From Octopus sinensis (Eukaryota), in the NCBI RefSeq assembly GCF_006345805.1, contig NC_043023.1, positions 18,538,001 to 18,602,000 of the forward strand: a stretch of DNA of 64,000 nt, read 5' to 3'. Positions 51,501-64,000 of this stretch are shown here, one piece after another. The notes below the pieces were generated by a model, which saw nothing but the letters and a program-made list of their open reading frames with translations, had not been told where the DNA came from and made no database searches. Each line of letters begins with the position of its first letter. Within the stretch, counting starts at the first letter, position 1. The position numbers and the translations under genes are program-made.

Positions 51501-54500
51501 GGTTATCAAGAATCCAGAATATCAAGATTCTAGGTTATCAAGATTCCAGGATATCAAGATTCCAGGATATCAAGATTCCAGGATATCAAGATTCCAGGTT
51601 ATCAAGATTCCAGGATATCAAGATTCCAGGATATCAAGATTCCAGGATATCAAGATTTCAGGATATCAAGATTCCAGTAAATCAAGATTCAAGGTAATCA
51701 AGATTCCAGGATGTCAAGAATCCAGGTTATCAAGATTCCAGGATATCAATATTCCAGGATATCAAGATACCAGGTTATCAAGATTCCAGGATATCAAGAT
51801 TCCAGGATATCAAGATACCAGGTTATCAAGATTCCAGTATATCAAGATTCCAGGATATCAAGGTTTCAAGGATATCAAGATTCCAGGTTATCAAGATTCC
51901 AGGATATCAAGATTCCATGATATCAATTTACCAGGTTATCAAGATTCCAGAATATCAAGATTCAATGTTATCAATATTCCAGGATATCAATATTCCAGGA
52001 TATCAAGATACCAGGTTATCAAGATTCCAGGATATCAAGATTCCAGGATATCAAGATTCCAGGATATCAAGATACCAGGATATCAAGATTCCAGGATATC
52101 AAGATTCCGGGAAATCAAGATTCCAGGATATCAAAATTCAAGGATATCAAGATTCCAGGTTATCAAGATTCCAGGATATCAAGATTCCAGGTTATCAAGA
52201 TTCAAGGATATCAAGATTCCAGTATATCAAGATTCCAGGTTATCAAGATTCCAGGATATCAAGATTCCAGGATATCTAGATTCCAGGATATCAAGATTCC
52301 AGGATATCAAGATTCCAGGATATAAAGATTCCAGGTTATCAAGATTCCAGGATATCAAGATTCCAGGTTATCATGATTCCAGAATATCAAGATTCCAGGA
52401 TATCAAGATTCCAGGATATCAAGATTCCAGGTTATCAAGATTCCAGGATATCAATATTCCAGGATATCAAGATTCCAGGATATCAAGATTCCAGGATATC
52501 AAGATTCAAGTTTATCAAGATTCCAGGTTATCAAGATTCCAGGATATCAAGATTCCAGGTTATCAAGATTCCAGGATATCAAGATTCCAGGATATCAAGA
52601 TTCCAGGATATCAAGATTCCAGGATATCAAGATTCCAGGATATCAAGATTCCAGGATATCAAGATTCCAGGAAATTAAGATTCCAGGATATCAAGATTCA
52701 AATTTATCGAGATTCCATGATATCAAGATTCCAGGATATCAAGATACCAGTTTATCAAGATTCCAGGATATGAAGATTCCAGGTTATCAAGATACCAGGA
52801 TATCAAGATACGAGGATATCAAGATTCCAGGATATCAAGATTCCAGGATATCAAGATTCCAGGTTATCAAGATTCCAGGATATCAAGATTCCAGGTTATC
52901 AATATTCCAGGATATCAAGATTCCAGGATATCAAGATTCCAGGACATCAAGATTCCAGGATATCAAGATACCAGGATATCAAGATTCCAGGATATCAAGA
53001 TACCAGGATAACAAATTCCAGGATATCAAGATTCCAGGATATCAAGATTGCAGGATATCAGATTCCAGGATATCAAGATTCCAGGATATCAAGATTCCAG
53101 GATATCAAGATTCCAGGATATCAAGATTCCAGGATATCAAGATTCCAGGTTATCAAGATTTCAGGAATCAAGATTCCAGGTTATCAAGATTCCAGGATAT
53201 CAAGATTCCAGGATATCAAGATTCCAGTTTATCAAGATTCCAGGATATCATGATTCCATGTTATCAGATTCCAGGATATCAAGATTCCAGGATATCAAGA
53301 TTCGAGTAAATCAAGATTCCAGGTTATCAAGATTCCAGGATGTCAAGATTCCAGGTTATCAAGATTCCAGGATATCAAGATTCCATGTTATCAATATTCC
53401 AGGATATCAAGATTCCAGGATATCAAGATTCAAGGATATCAAGATACCAGGTTATTAAGATTCCAGTATATCAAGATTCCAGGCTATCAAGATACCAGGA
53501 TATCAAGATACCAGGATATCAAGATTCCAGGATATCAAGATTCCAGGATATCAAGATTCCAGGATATCAAGATTCCAGGTTATCAATATTCCAGGATATC
53601 AAGTTTCAAGGATATAAAGATTCCAGGATATCAAGATGCCAGTTTATCAAGACACCAGAATATGAATATTCCAGGTTATCAAGATTCCAGGATATCAAGA
53701 TTCCAAGATATCAAGATTCCAGGATATCAAGATTCCAGGATATCAAGATTCCAGGATATCAAGATTCCAGGATATCAAGATTCCAGTATATCAAGATTCC
53801 AGGATATCAAGATTCCAGTTTATCAAGATTCCAGATATCAAGATTCCAGTATATCAAGATTCAAGTATATCAAGATTCCAGGATATCAAGATTCCAGGAT
53901 ATCAAGATTCCAGGATATCAAGATTCCAGTATATCAAGATTCCAGGATATCAAAATTCCAGGATATCAAGATTGCAGGATATCAAGATTCCAGTATATCA
54001 AGATTCCAGGTTATCAAGATTCCAGAATATCAAGATTCCAGGATATCAAGATTCCAGGTTATCAAGATTCCAGGATATCAAGATTCCAGGTTATCATGAT
54101 TCCAGGATATCAAGATTCCAGGATATCAAGATTCAAGGATATCAAGATTCCAGGTTATCAAGATTCCAGGATATCAAGATTCCAGGATATCAAAATTCCA
54201 GGATATTAAGATACCAGGATATCAAGATTACCGGATATCAAGATTCCAGGTTATCAAGTTTCCAGAATATCAAGATTCCAGGTTATCAAGATTCCAGGAT
54301 ATCAATATTCAAGGATATCAAGATACCAGGTTATCAAGATTCCAGGATATCAAGATTCCAGGATATCAAGATTCCAGGATATCAAGATACCAGGATATCA
54401 AGATTCCAGGCTATCAAGATTCCAGGATATCAAGATTCAAGTATATCAAGATTCCAGTTTATCAAGATTCCAGGATATCAAGATTCCAGGTTATCATGAT

Positions 54501-57500
54501 TCCAGGATATCAAGATTCCAGGATATCAAGATTCCAGGATATCAAGATTCCAGGATATCAAGATTCCAGGATATCAATATTCCAGGATATCAAGATTCCA
54601 GGATATCAAGATTCCAGGATATCAAGATTCAAGTTTATCAAGATTCCAGGTTATCAAGATTCCAGGATATCAAGATTCCAGGTTATCAAGATTCCAGGAT
54701 ATCAAGATTCCAGGATATCAAGATTCCAGGATATCAAGATTCAAGGATATCAAGATTCCAGGTTATCTAGATTCCAGGATATCAAGATTCCAGGATATTA
54801 AGATTCCAGGATATCAAGATTCAAGTTTATCGAGATTCCATGATATTAAGATTCCAGGATATCAAGATACCAGTTTATCAAGACACCAGGATATGAAGAT
54901 TCCAGGTTATCAAGATTCCAGGATATCAAGATAGAGTATCAAGATTCCAGGATATCAAGATTCCAGGATATCAAGATTCCAGGTTATCAAGATTCCAGGA
55001 TATCAAGATTCCAGGTTATCAAGATTCCAAGATATCAAGATTCCAGGATATCAAGATTCCAGGACATCAAGATTCCAGGATATCAAGATACCAGGATATC
55101 AAGATTCCAGGATATCAAGATACCAGGATACCAAGATTCCAGGATATCAAGATTCCAGGATATCAAGAGTGCAGGATATCAAAATTGCAGGATATCAAGA
55201 TTCCAGGATATCAAGATTCCAGGATATCAAGATTCCAGGATATCAAGATTCCAGGATATCAAGATTCCAGGATATCAAGATACCAGGATAACAAGATTCC
55301 AGGATATCAAGATTCCAGGATATCAAGATTGCAGGATATCTAGATTGCAGGATATCAAGATTCCAGGATATCAAGATTCCAGGATATCAAGATTCCAGGA
55401 TATCAAGATTCCAGGATGTCAAGATTCCAGGTTATCAAGATTTCAGGAAATCAAGATTCCAGGTTATCAAGATTCCAGGATATCAAGGTTCCAGGATATC
55501 AAGATTCCAGTTTATCAAGATTCCAGGATATCATGATTCCATGTTATCAATATTCCAGGATATCAAGATTCCAGGATATCAAGATTCGAGTAAATCAAGA
55601 TTCCAGGTTATCAAGATTCCAGGATGTCAAGATTCCAGGTTATCAAGATTCCAGGATATCAAGATTCCATGTTATCAATATTCCAGGATATCAAGATTCC
55701 AGGATATCAAGATTCAAGGATATCAAGATACCAGGTTAAGATTCCAGATATCAAGATTCCAGGCTATCAAGATACCAGGATATCAAGATACCAGGATATC
55801 AAGATTCCAGGATATCAAGATTCCAGGATATCAGATTCCAGGATATCAAGATTCCAGGTTATCAATATTCCAGGATATCAAGTTTCAAGGATATAAGATT
55901 CCAGGATATCAAGATGCCAGTTTATCAAGACACCAGAATATGAATTTCCAGGTTATCAAGATTCCAGGATATCAAGATTCCAGGATATCAAGATTCCAGG
56001 ATATCAAGATTCCAGGATATCAAGATTCCAGGATATCAAGATTCCAGGATATCAAGATTCCAGGATATCAAGATTCCAGGATATCAAGATTCCATGTTAT
56101 CAAGATTCCAGGATATCAAGATTCCAGGTTATCAAGATTCCAGATATCAAGATTCCAGGATATCAAGATTCCAGGTTATCAAGATTCCAGGATATCAAGA
56201 TTCCAGTTATCAAGATTCCAGGATATCAAGATTCCAGGATATCAAGATTCAAGGATATCAAGATTCCAGGTTATCAAGATTCCAGGATATCAAGATTCCA
56301 GGATATCAATTCCAGGATATAAGATACCAGGATATCAAGATTCCGGATATCAAGATTCCAGGTATCAAGTTTCCAGAATATCAAGATTCCAGTTTATCAA
56401 GATTCCAGGATATCAAGATTCCAGGTTATCATGATTCCAGGATATCAAGATTCCAGGATATCAAGATTCCAGGATATCAAGATTCCAGGATATCAAGATT
56501 CCAGGATATCAATATTCCAGGATATCAAGATTCCAGGATATCAAGATTCCAGGATATCAAGATTCAAGTTTATCAAGATTCCAGGTTATCAAGATTCCAG
56601 GATATCAAGATTCCAGGTTATCAAGCTTCCAGGATATCAAGATTCCAGGATATCAAGATTCCAGGATATCAAGATTCAAGGATATCAAGATTCCAGGTTA
56701 TCAAAATTCCAGGATATCAAGATTCCAGGATATTAAGATTCCAGGATATCAAGATTCAAGTTTATCGAGATTCCATGATATCAAGATTCCAGGATATCAA
56801 GATACCATTTTATCAAGACACCAGGATATGAAGATTCCAGGTTATCAAGATTCCAGGATATCAAGATAAGAGGATATCAAGATTCCAGGATATCAAGATT
56901 CCAGGATATCAAGATTCCAGGTTATCAAGATTCCAGGATATCAAGATTCCAGGTTATCAAGATTCCAGGATATCAAGATTCCAGGATATCAAGATTCCAG
57001 GACATCAAGATTCCAGGATATCAAGATACCAGGATATCAAGATTCCAGGATATCAAGATACCAGGATACCAAGATTCCAGGATATCAAGATTCCAGGATA
57101 TCAAGAGTGCAGGATATCAAGATTGCAGGATATCAAGATTCCAGGATATCAAGATTCCAGGATATCAAGATTCCAGGATATCAAGATTCCAGGATGTCAA
57201 GATTCCAGGTTATCAAGATTTCAGGAAATCAAGATTCCAGGTTATCAAGATTCCAGGATATCAAGATTCCAGGATATCAAGATTCCAGGATATCAAGATT
57301 CCAGGTTATCAAGATTCCAGGATATCAAGATTCCATGATATCAAGATTCCAGGATATCAAGATTCCAGGATATCAAGATTCCAGGATATCAAGATTCGAG
57401 TAAATCAAGATTCCAGCTTATCAAGATTCCAGGATGTCAAGATTCCAGGTTATCAAGATTCCAGGATATCAAGATTCCATGTTAGCAATATTCCAGGATA

Positions 57501-59183
57501 TCAAAATTCCAGGATATCAAGATACCAGGTTATCAAGATTCCAGGATATCAAGATTCCAGGATATCAAGATTCCAGTATATCAAGATACCAGCATATCAA
57601 GATTCGAGGATATCAAGATTCCAGGATATCAAGATTCCAGGATATCAAGATTCCAGGATATCAAGATTCCAGGATATCAAGATTCCAGGATATCAAGATT
57701 CCAGGTTATCAAGATTCCAGGATATCAAGATTCCAGGATATCAAGATTCCAGGATATCAAGATACCAGGTTATCAAGATTCCAGAATATCAAGATTCCTG
57801 GTTATCAAGATTCCAGTATATCAAGATTCCAGGATATCAAGATACCAGTTTATCAAGATTCCAGAATATCAAGATTCCAGGATATCAAGATTCCAGGATA
57901 TCAAGATTCCAGGATATCAAGATTCCAGTATATCAAGATTCCAGGATATCAAGATTCCAGGATATCAAGATACCAGGTCATCAAGATTCCAGAATATACA
58001 GATTCCAGGTTATCAATATTCCAGGATATCAAAATTCCAGGATATGAAGATACCAGGTTATCAAGATTCCAGGATATCAAGATTCCAGGATATCAAGATA
58101 CCAGGATATCAAGATTCCAGGATATCAGATTCCAGGATATCAAGATTCCAGGATATCAAGATTCCAGGATATCAAGATTCCAGTATATCAAGATACCAGG
58201 TTATCAAGATTCCAGGATATCAAGATTCCAGGATATCAAGATTCCAGTATATCAAGATTCTAGGTTATCAAGTTTCCAGGATATCAAGATTCAAGTATAT
58301 CAAGATTCCAGGATATCAAGATTCCAGGATATCAATATTCCAGTTTATCAAGATTCCAGGTTATCAAGATTCCAGGATATCAAGATTCCAGGTTATCAAA
58401 ATTCCAGAATATCAAGATTCCAGGATATCAAGATTCTAGGATATCAAGATTCCAGGATATCAAGATTCCAGGATATCAAGATTCCAGGTTATCAAGATTC
58501 CAGGATATCAAGATTCCAGGATATCAAGATTCCAGGATATCAATATTCCAGGATATCAAGATTCCAGGATATCAAGATTCCAGGATATCAAGATTCCAGT
58601 TTATCAAGATTCCAGGATATCAAGATTCCAGGATATCAAGATTCCAGGTTATCAAAATTCCAGAATATCAAGATTCCAGGATATCTAGATTCCAGGATAT
58701 CAAGATTCCAGGATATCAAGATTCCAGGATATCAAGATTCCAGGTTATCAAGATTCCAGGATATCAAGATTCCAGGATATCAAGGTTCCAGGATATCAAG
58801 ATACCAGGATATGAAGATTCCAGTATATCAAGATTCCAGTATATCAAAATACCAGGATATCAAGATTCCAGGATATCAAGATTCCAGGATATCAAGATTC
58901 CAGGATATCAAGATTCCAGGATATCAATATTCCAGGATATCAAGATTCCAGGATATCAAGATTCCAGGATATGAAGATACCAGGATATCAAGATTCCAGG
59001 TTATCAAGATACCAGGATTTCAAGGTTCCAGGATATCAAGATTCCAGGATATCAAGATACCACGTTATCAAGATTCCAGTATATGAAGTTACCAGGGTAT
59101 CAAGATTCCAGGATATCAAGATTCCACGTTATGAAGATACCAGAGTATCAAGATTCCAGGATATCAAGATTCCAGGATATCAA
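30508..59183 (+). repeat. 16-bp satellite (ATATCAAGATTCCAGG)n, ~28.7 kb (~1,800 units)
   Basis: Direct reading; common variant GTTATC instead of GATATC; recurrent rare variants define higher-order periods. Confidence 0.98.
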
Positions 59184-59322
59184 AATATTGTTATTTGAGT
59201 GTTTACATCACTGATTATACCCAGATCGACCGCATTAGGGTTACTGAAGACAGAGCAGTATTGTCTCCGCAGTACACACCCGTTATAATGTAAATTTAAT
59301 AATAATAAGTAGGTAAATTTAT

Positions 59323-59985
59323 ATATCAAGATACCAGATTATCAAGATTCCAGGATATCAAGATACCAGGATATCAAGATTCCAGCATATCAAGATACAA
59401 GGTTATCGAGATTCCAGGATATCAAGATTCCAAGATATCAAGATTCCAGGATATCAAGATTCCAGGTTATCAAGATTCCAGGATATCAAGATTCCAGGAT
59501 ATCAAGATTCCAGGATATCAAGATTCCAGGATATCAAGATTCCAGGTTATCAAGCATCTAGGATATCAAGATTCCAGGATATCAACATTCCAGGATATCA
59601 AGATTCCAGGTTATCAAGATTCCAGGATATCAAGATTCCAGGATATCAAGATTCCAGTATATCAAGATACCAGTTTATGAAGACACCAGGATATGAAGAC
59701 TCCAGGTTATCAAGATTCCAGGATATCAAGATTCCAGGATATCAAGATTCCAGGATATCAAGATTCCAGGATATCAAGATTCCAGGATATCAAGATTCCA
59801 GGTTATCAAGATTCCAGGATATCAAGATTCCAGGATATCAAGATTCCAGGATATCAAGATTCTAGGATATCAAGATTCCAGAATATCAAGATTCCAGGTT
59901 ATCAAGATTCCAGGATATCAAGATTCCAGGATATGAAGATTCCAGGATATCAAGATTCCAGGATATCAAGATTCCAGGATATCAA
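59323..59985 (+). repeat. Second short block of the same satellite (~40 units)
   Basis: Separated from the main array by a ~140-bp unique segment (59184-59322) that is repeated at 59986-60122. Confidence 0.95.
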
Positions 59986-60136
59986 AATATTGTTAGTTGA
60001 GTGTTTACATCACTGATTATAGCCAGATCGACCGCATTAGGGTTACTGAAGACAGAGCAGTATTGTCTCCGCAGTACACACCCGTTATAATATAAATTTA
60101 ATAATAATAAGTAGGTAAATTTATTTCAATACATTA

Positions 60137-60430
60137 TCAAGGTAATCCAAATTGGTGAAATTCTAAGTTAACGCTTGAAAAAATTTTAGCCATTTAAAAA
60201 ACGATGATAAAATGAAGCGCCAAACGGAATTTGACTTAAACATTCATTCAACCAAAGGCAACGTCATTGAATGACTAGTTTTTGGAAATAAAATGTATAA
60301 AAATACGATACTAATTCCGTATTCTTGGAAAATTTGAAATCTATAAAAGAAACAAAATGTAAAGTAGAAAGTGAGTATTTTCATCTACGAAAGTTAATGA
60401 CGTCACTGCACTAAATTTGGATTACCTTGG
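60137..60430. mobile_element. Small MITE candidate (possibly PIF/Harbinger-Tourist type)
   Basis: TIR (T)CAAGGTAATCCAAATT / AATTTGGATTACCTTG(G), flanked by TTA and TAA. Confidence 0.55.
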
Positions 60431-60485
60431 TAACGTTGAGTTGACATAAATATTCCTGCATATTATCAATTTTAATAATATTATG

Positions 60486-60518
<33 letters not shown>

Positions 60519-60523
60519 TATAT

Positions 60524-60594
<71 letters not shown>

Positions 60595-61377
60595 TATATG
60601 TGTATGTGTGTGTGTGTGCATATGTGAATGTATACACAAATATATATATATATATACTATTACATATATACGATTAGCCAAATATTTTTACATAAATAGT
60701 TACGCTAAATATATATATATATATATATAAATTTATATCGGCTGTCAAGCGATGTTGGGGGGACAAACACAGACACACAAACATATACACACACATACAT
60801 ACACGCACCCCCCCACATATATATATATATATTTGTATATATATATACGACAGGCTTCTTTCAGTTTCCGTCTACCAAATCCACTCACAAAGCTTTGGTC
60901 GGCCCGAGGCTATAGTAGAAGACACTTGGCCAAGGTGCCACGCAGTTGGACTGAACCCGGAACCATGTGGTTGGTAATCTAGCTACGTACCACACAGCCA
61001 CTCCTGCACCTATACCGTATATGGTAACAAAACGTGTTTCTCTACAATAAGTCATAAAGTTGAATAAACAATGCTATTCTGAAATCAAAAGAATTGGTGG
61101 GAAATTGTATTGTCTGAGTCTAGATATGTTTTCTTCCTGACATATAGTTTATGACCTTGTACAGGAATCTTTACAAGAAATCTCTTAAATCTTCGTCTAA
61201 CATCGGCAACACAATGAAATTTGAGAGTAGTTCAAGGCAAAATTATGTCTGTGAGGAAAATGTATCATTGTTAAATGACGTCAACTGACTTCCGGAGCCT
61301 TTTATTGACTTTTGTGTGGAGTTTTCTCTTACGAACGGATGACACTGAAAACTTCAAAATTTGAGGATAAAACGAAC

Positions 61378-61485
61378 CAGTGTCTCGTCACTACATTGGC
61401 ATGACATGAGATCGTCACATTAGTCCCTACTTTTGTCATTGGCCAATAGAAAGTGCCATTCTTTGTTGATGTTGTGTTTTCATTA
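61378..61485 (-). CDS. Hormone-receptor-motif (HRM) exon of an adhesion/secretin-class GPCR (108 bp, phase 2/2)
   Basis: ttttcctgtggttag|...|gttcgt; (C)NENTTSTKNGTFYWPMTKVGTNVTISCHANVVTRH(C) matches the HRM pattern C-xE-x6-G-x3-W-P-x-T-x2-G-x4-I-x-C...TRxC. Exactly 36 codons long. The donor is weak. Confidence 0.7.
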
Positions 61486-61610
61486 CTAACCACAGGAAAA
61501 TAAACAAAATGCTTATATGAGATACTAATTAGGGAATTCATTGGTAGGGTTTATATACTGGAAAATACATGTATATGGATAATGGTGAGAGAGCAAGTAA
61601 CTGCATTTCA

Positions 61611-61763
<153 letters not shown>

Positions 61764-62151
61764 CATTATTATTATTTTTTCTTTCAAATTTGCTTCCATT
61801 TCTTGCCGAGTGTCTTCCCGACTCCAAGGGCAAAGAAACTCTTAGAATAAAAAAATTTGTAGGCCATTAAACTAAACTCACTAGTTCGTTCATTTTTTTT
61901 TTTTAAGTTAAATTAAAATACATGGGTAGTAATAGTTCTCACATCGACAATACTCTTCTCAATACGTGTGATGTACCAGTTAAGACAATCTTTTGCACTT
62001 CTTGCAGGGATGGTAAGCCAGGGATCATTCTCATATAATTTTCGGTTCCCTTCTTGATCATTCCTAGTGCTCCTACGATCACTGGTATTGTAACCGCCTT
62101 GAGATGCCACATTTCTCAATTTCAATGAGCAGGTCTTTATATTTTCTGAGC

Positions 62152-62210
<59 letters not shown>

Positions 62211-62496
62211 CATCATTACTATTCTGTAGTTTTATTTTTATAGCGTGCTTTCAGTTCACTACCGAGCGCAGCTCTGTGTGCCTTGGGTATGTGCTGTGAT
62301 TTGTTGTGGTGCTCTGATGGTTATTGTATTGAAAGTGTTCTGCGTAGGATGTGTGCAGTGCCCAGTAGTGCAATTTTCTGTATGTTATATGTGTTTGTAA
62401 GTCCTGGTGTTTTTGTTATGTATTTGTCTGAATATTTTTTATCATGCCTAATGCACCTACTATGATAGGAATTATTATTATTATTATTATTATTAC

Positions 62497-62575
<79 letters not shown>

Positions 62576-63389
62576 GAGTGAGAGAGCAGTGGATGCAATC
62601 AAAGTGACACTGGGGTAAAATATACGAAGCCCAGTATACCCATCATGACTACTCGTCTGATAAGTGTACACTATGTACACGCATCACAACCATATGTGCG
62701 CGACATGGTGATCTCATATCAAGATAAACAGCGCATGACCTTGCATGTGGGGCCCAGTTAGAATTTTCTTCTGGTCGAGTAACCCGTCCCGTTCAAAAGG
62801 TCCCTGAATAAAGATTAAGGATGTTGAACGAAATACCCATGTTTCCAGAGGTGAATTATTCAAGCCCCAAAGAATCCCTCTCAACACATGGCTATGATGC
62901 TCCCCCACTACTTGTGCTCGTGATCAGAGATACACATATCGTCAGCCACTAAGGGACATGCTCAACTGGTTATGGTCAAACAACTGACAAGCAAATGTGT
63001 GCTATTGAGCAGAATATTTGCTGTAGCCCATCTTTTATACCAAGACAAAACAATGTACATGATAACACTTGCAATCAGTTAAGATCAGAAGCCATGAGAG
63101 CCACTGCCTGGTACTGCATCATTATTATCATTATTATTATTATTATTATTATTCTATGTTTGACTTTTGCTTTATATTTGTACAAGTTGGCTCCAAGTCT
63201 CACCCAGAGACCTCAAGAGACAACAGGTTGGAATTTCACGTTGTTGTTATGCCTAGTGTGCCATATATATGGGGGTTTTTTGGTGTTGTACTAGTGAATG
63301 TCTAATAAATAAATAAATAAAATAAAATTAAATTAAATTAAAAAAATAAATAAATAAAAATTGTTTGTTTTAAGCCTTGTGATTACATT

Positions 63390-63404
63390 ATTATTATTGT
63401 TATA

Positions 63405-63435
<31 letters not shown>

Positions 63436-63453
63436 TATTATTACTCCTACTAC

Positions 63454-63516
<63 letters not shown>

Positions 63517-63700
63517 AGTAGTAGTAAGTAGTAGTAGTAGTAGTTGTAGTAGTAGTAGTAAGCAGTAGTAGTAGTAGTAGTAGTAGTAGTAATAGTAGTA
63601 GTAGTAGTAGTAGTAGTAGTAGCAGTAGTAGTGGTAGTAGTAGTAGTAGTAGTAGTAAGTAGTAGTAGTAGTAGTAGTAGTAAGTAGTAGTAGTAGTAGT

Positions 63701-63776
<76 letters not shown>

Positions 63777-63782
63777 TGTAGT
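63390..63782 (+). repeat. (ATT)n then (TAG)n microsatellite; other simple repeats include (TA)n, (CATA)n, (CTAT)n at 61612-61690 and (AAT)n
   Basis: Direct reading. Confidence 0.97.
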
Positions 63783-64000
63783 ACAATAGTTTAGATGTGC
63801 TAGCTGATTTGAAATCGGTGATATAGGATTTATTATCAACATAAATAGAATAACATACTTTTATACTCTAAAATCTGAATAAGTAACAAAACATCTTTTT
63901 ATAATTTGAGGCAAATCGAGGGTGAACTTAACAACAAACTATTGTTCAATTCTCTCTGTAGCGGTTCACCATGAAAATAACTTAATTCTCCTTTTAATAC

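Noticed and set aside
59243-59277. CTGAAGA followed by a hairpin in the satellite flank (also ~60045)
   Set aside because: No GAAA, stem III or NUH downstream, so not a hammerhead.
30508-59985. CRISPR-like or telomere-like array
   Set aside because: No unique spacers and no cas genes; the unit is not a G-rich telomeric repeat and is flanked by ordinary DNA on both sides.
30448-60016. Dozens of long plus-strand ORFs (up to 550 aa, ISRFQDIKIPGYQDSR repeats)
   Set aside because: They follow automatically from a stop-free 16-bp unit. Frameshifting indels and stop-creating variants are scattered freely, and there is no sign of frame conservation.

Overview
AT-rich, microsatellite-dense eukaryotic DNA. 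The SINE, RTE, Dong and Penelope repertoire suggests an octopus or other coleoid cephalopod (inference, not verified). Left third: the 5' part of a minus-strand leucine-rich-repeat (LRR) gene, absent from the ORF track apart from its first exon. It has a signal-peptide/LRRNT exon (18944-19122) and five 72-bp phase-2/2 single-LRR exons (15948-16019, 7660-7731, 5346-5417, 3547-3618, 699-770), and continues off the left edge. The exons multiplied by local duplication, and the duplicates differ mainly at concave-face codons. The introns hold three copies of a Penelope-like 3' end, several hammerhead ribozyme motifs (one apparently intact), a retrozyme-like insertion, a decayed near-full-length RTE LINE, a non-autonomous Helitron and a foldback MITE. 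19-30.5 kb: SINEs, a SINE-derived tandem array, R4/Dong-type tails in (AAT)n, a ~1.8-kb duplication, and mariner and LINE fragments. 30.5-60 kb: ~29 kb of a 16-bp satellite (ATATCAAGATTCCAGG) with multi-kb higher-order periods; its many ORFs are artefacts. Right end: an isolated hormone-receptor-motif (HRM) exon of adhesion-GPCR type on the minus strand, plus repeats. All calls were made by eye, with no database searches.
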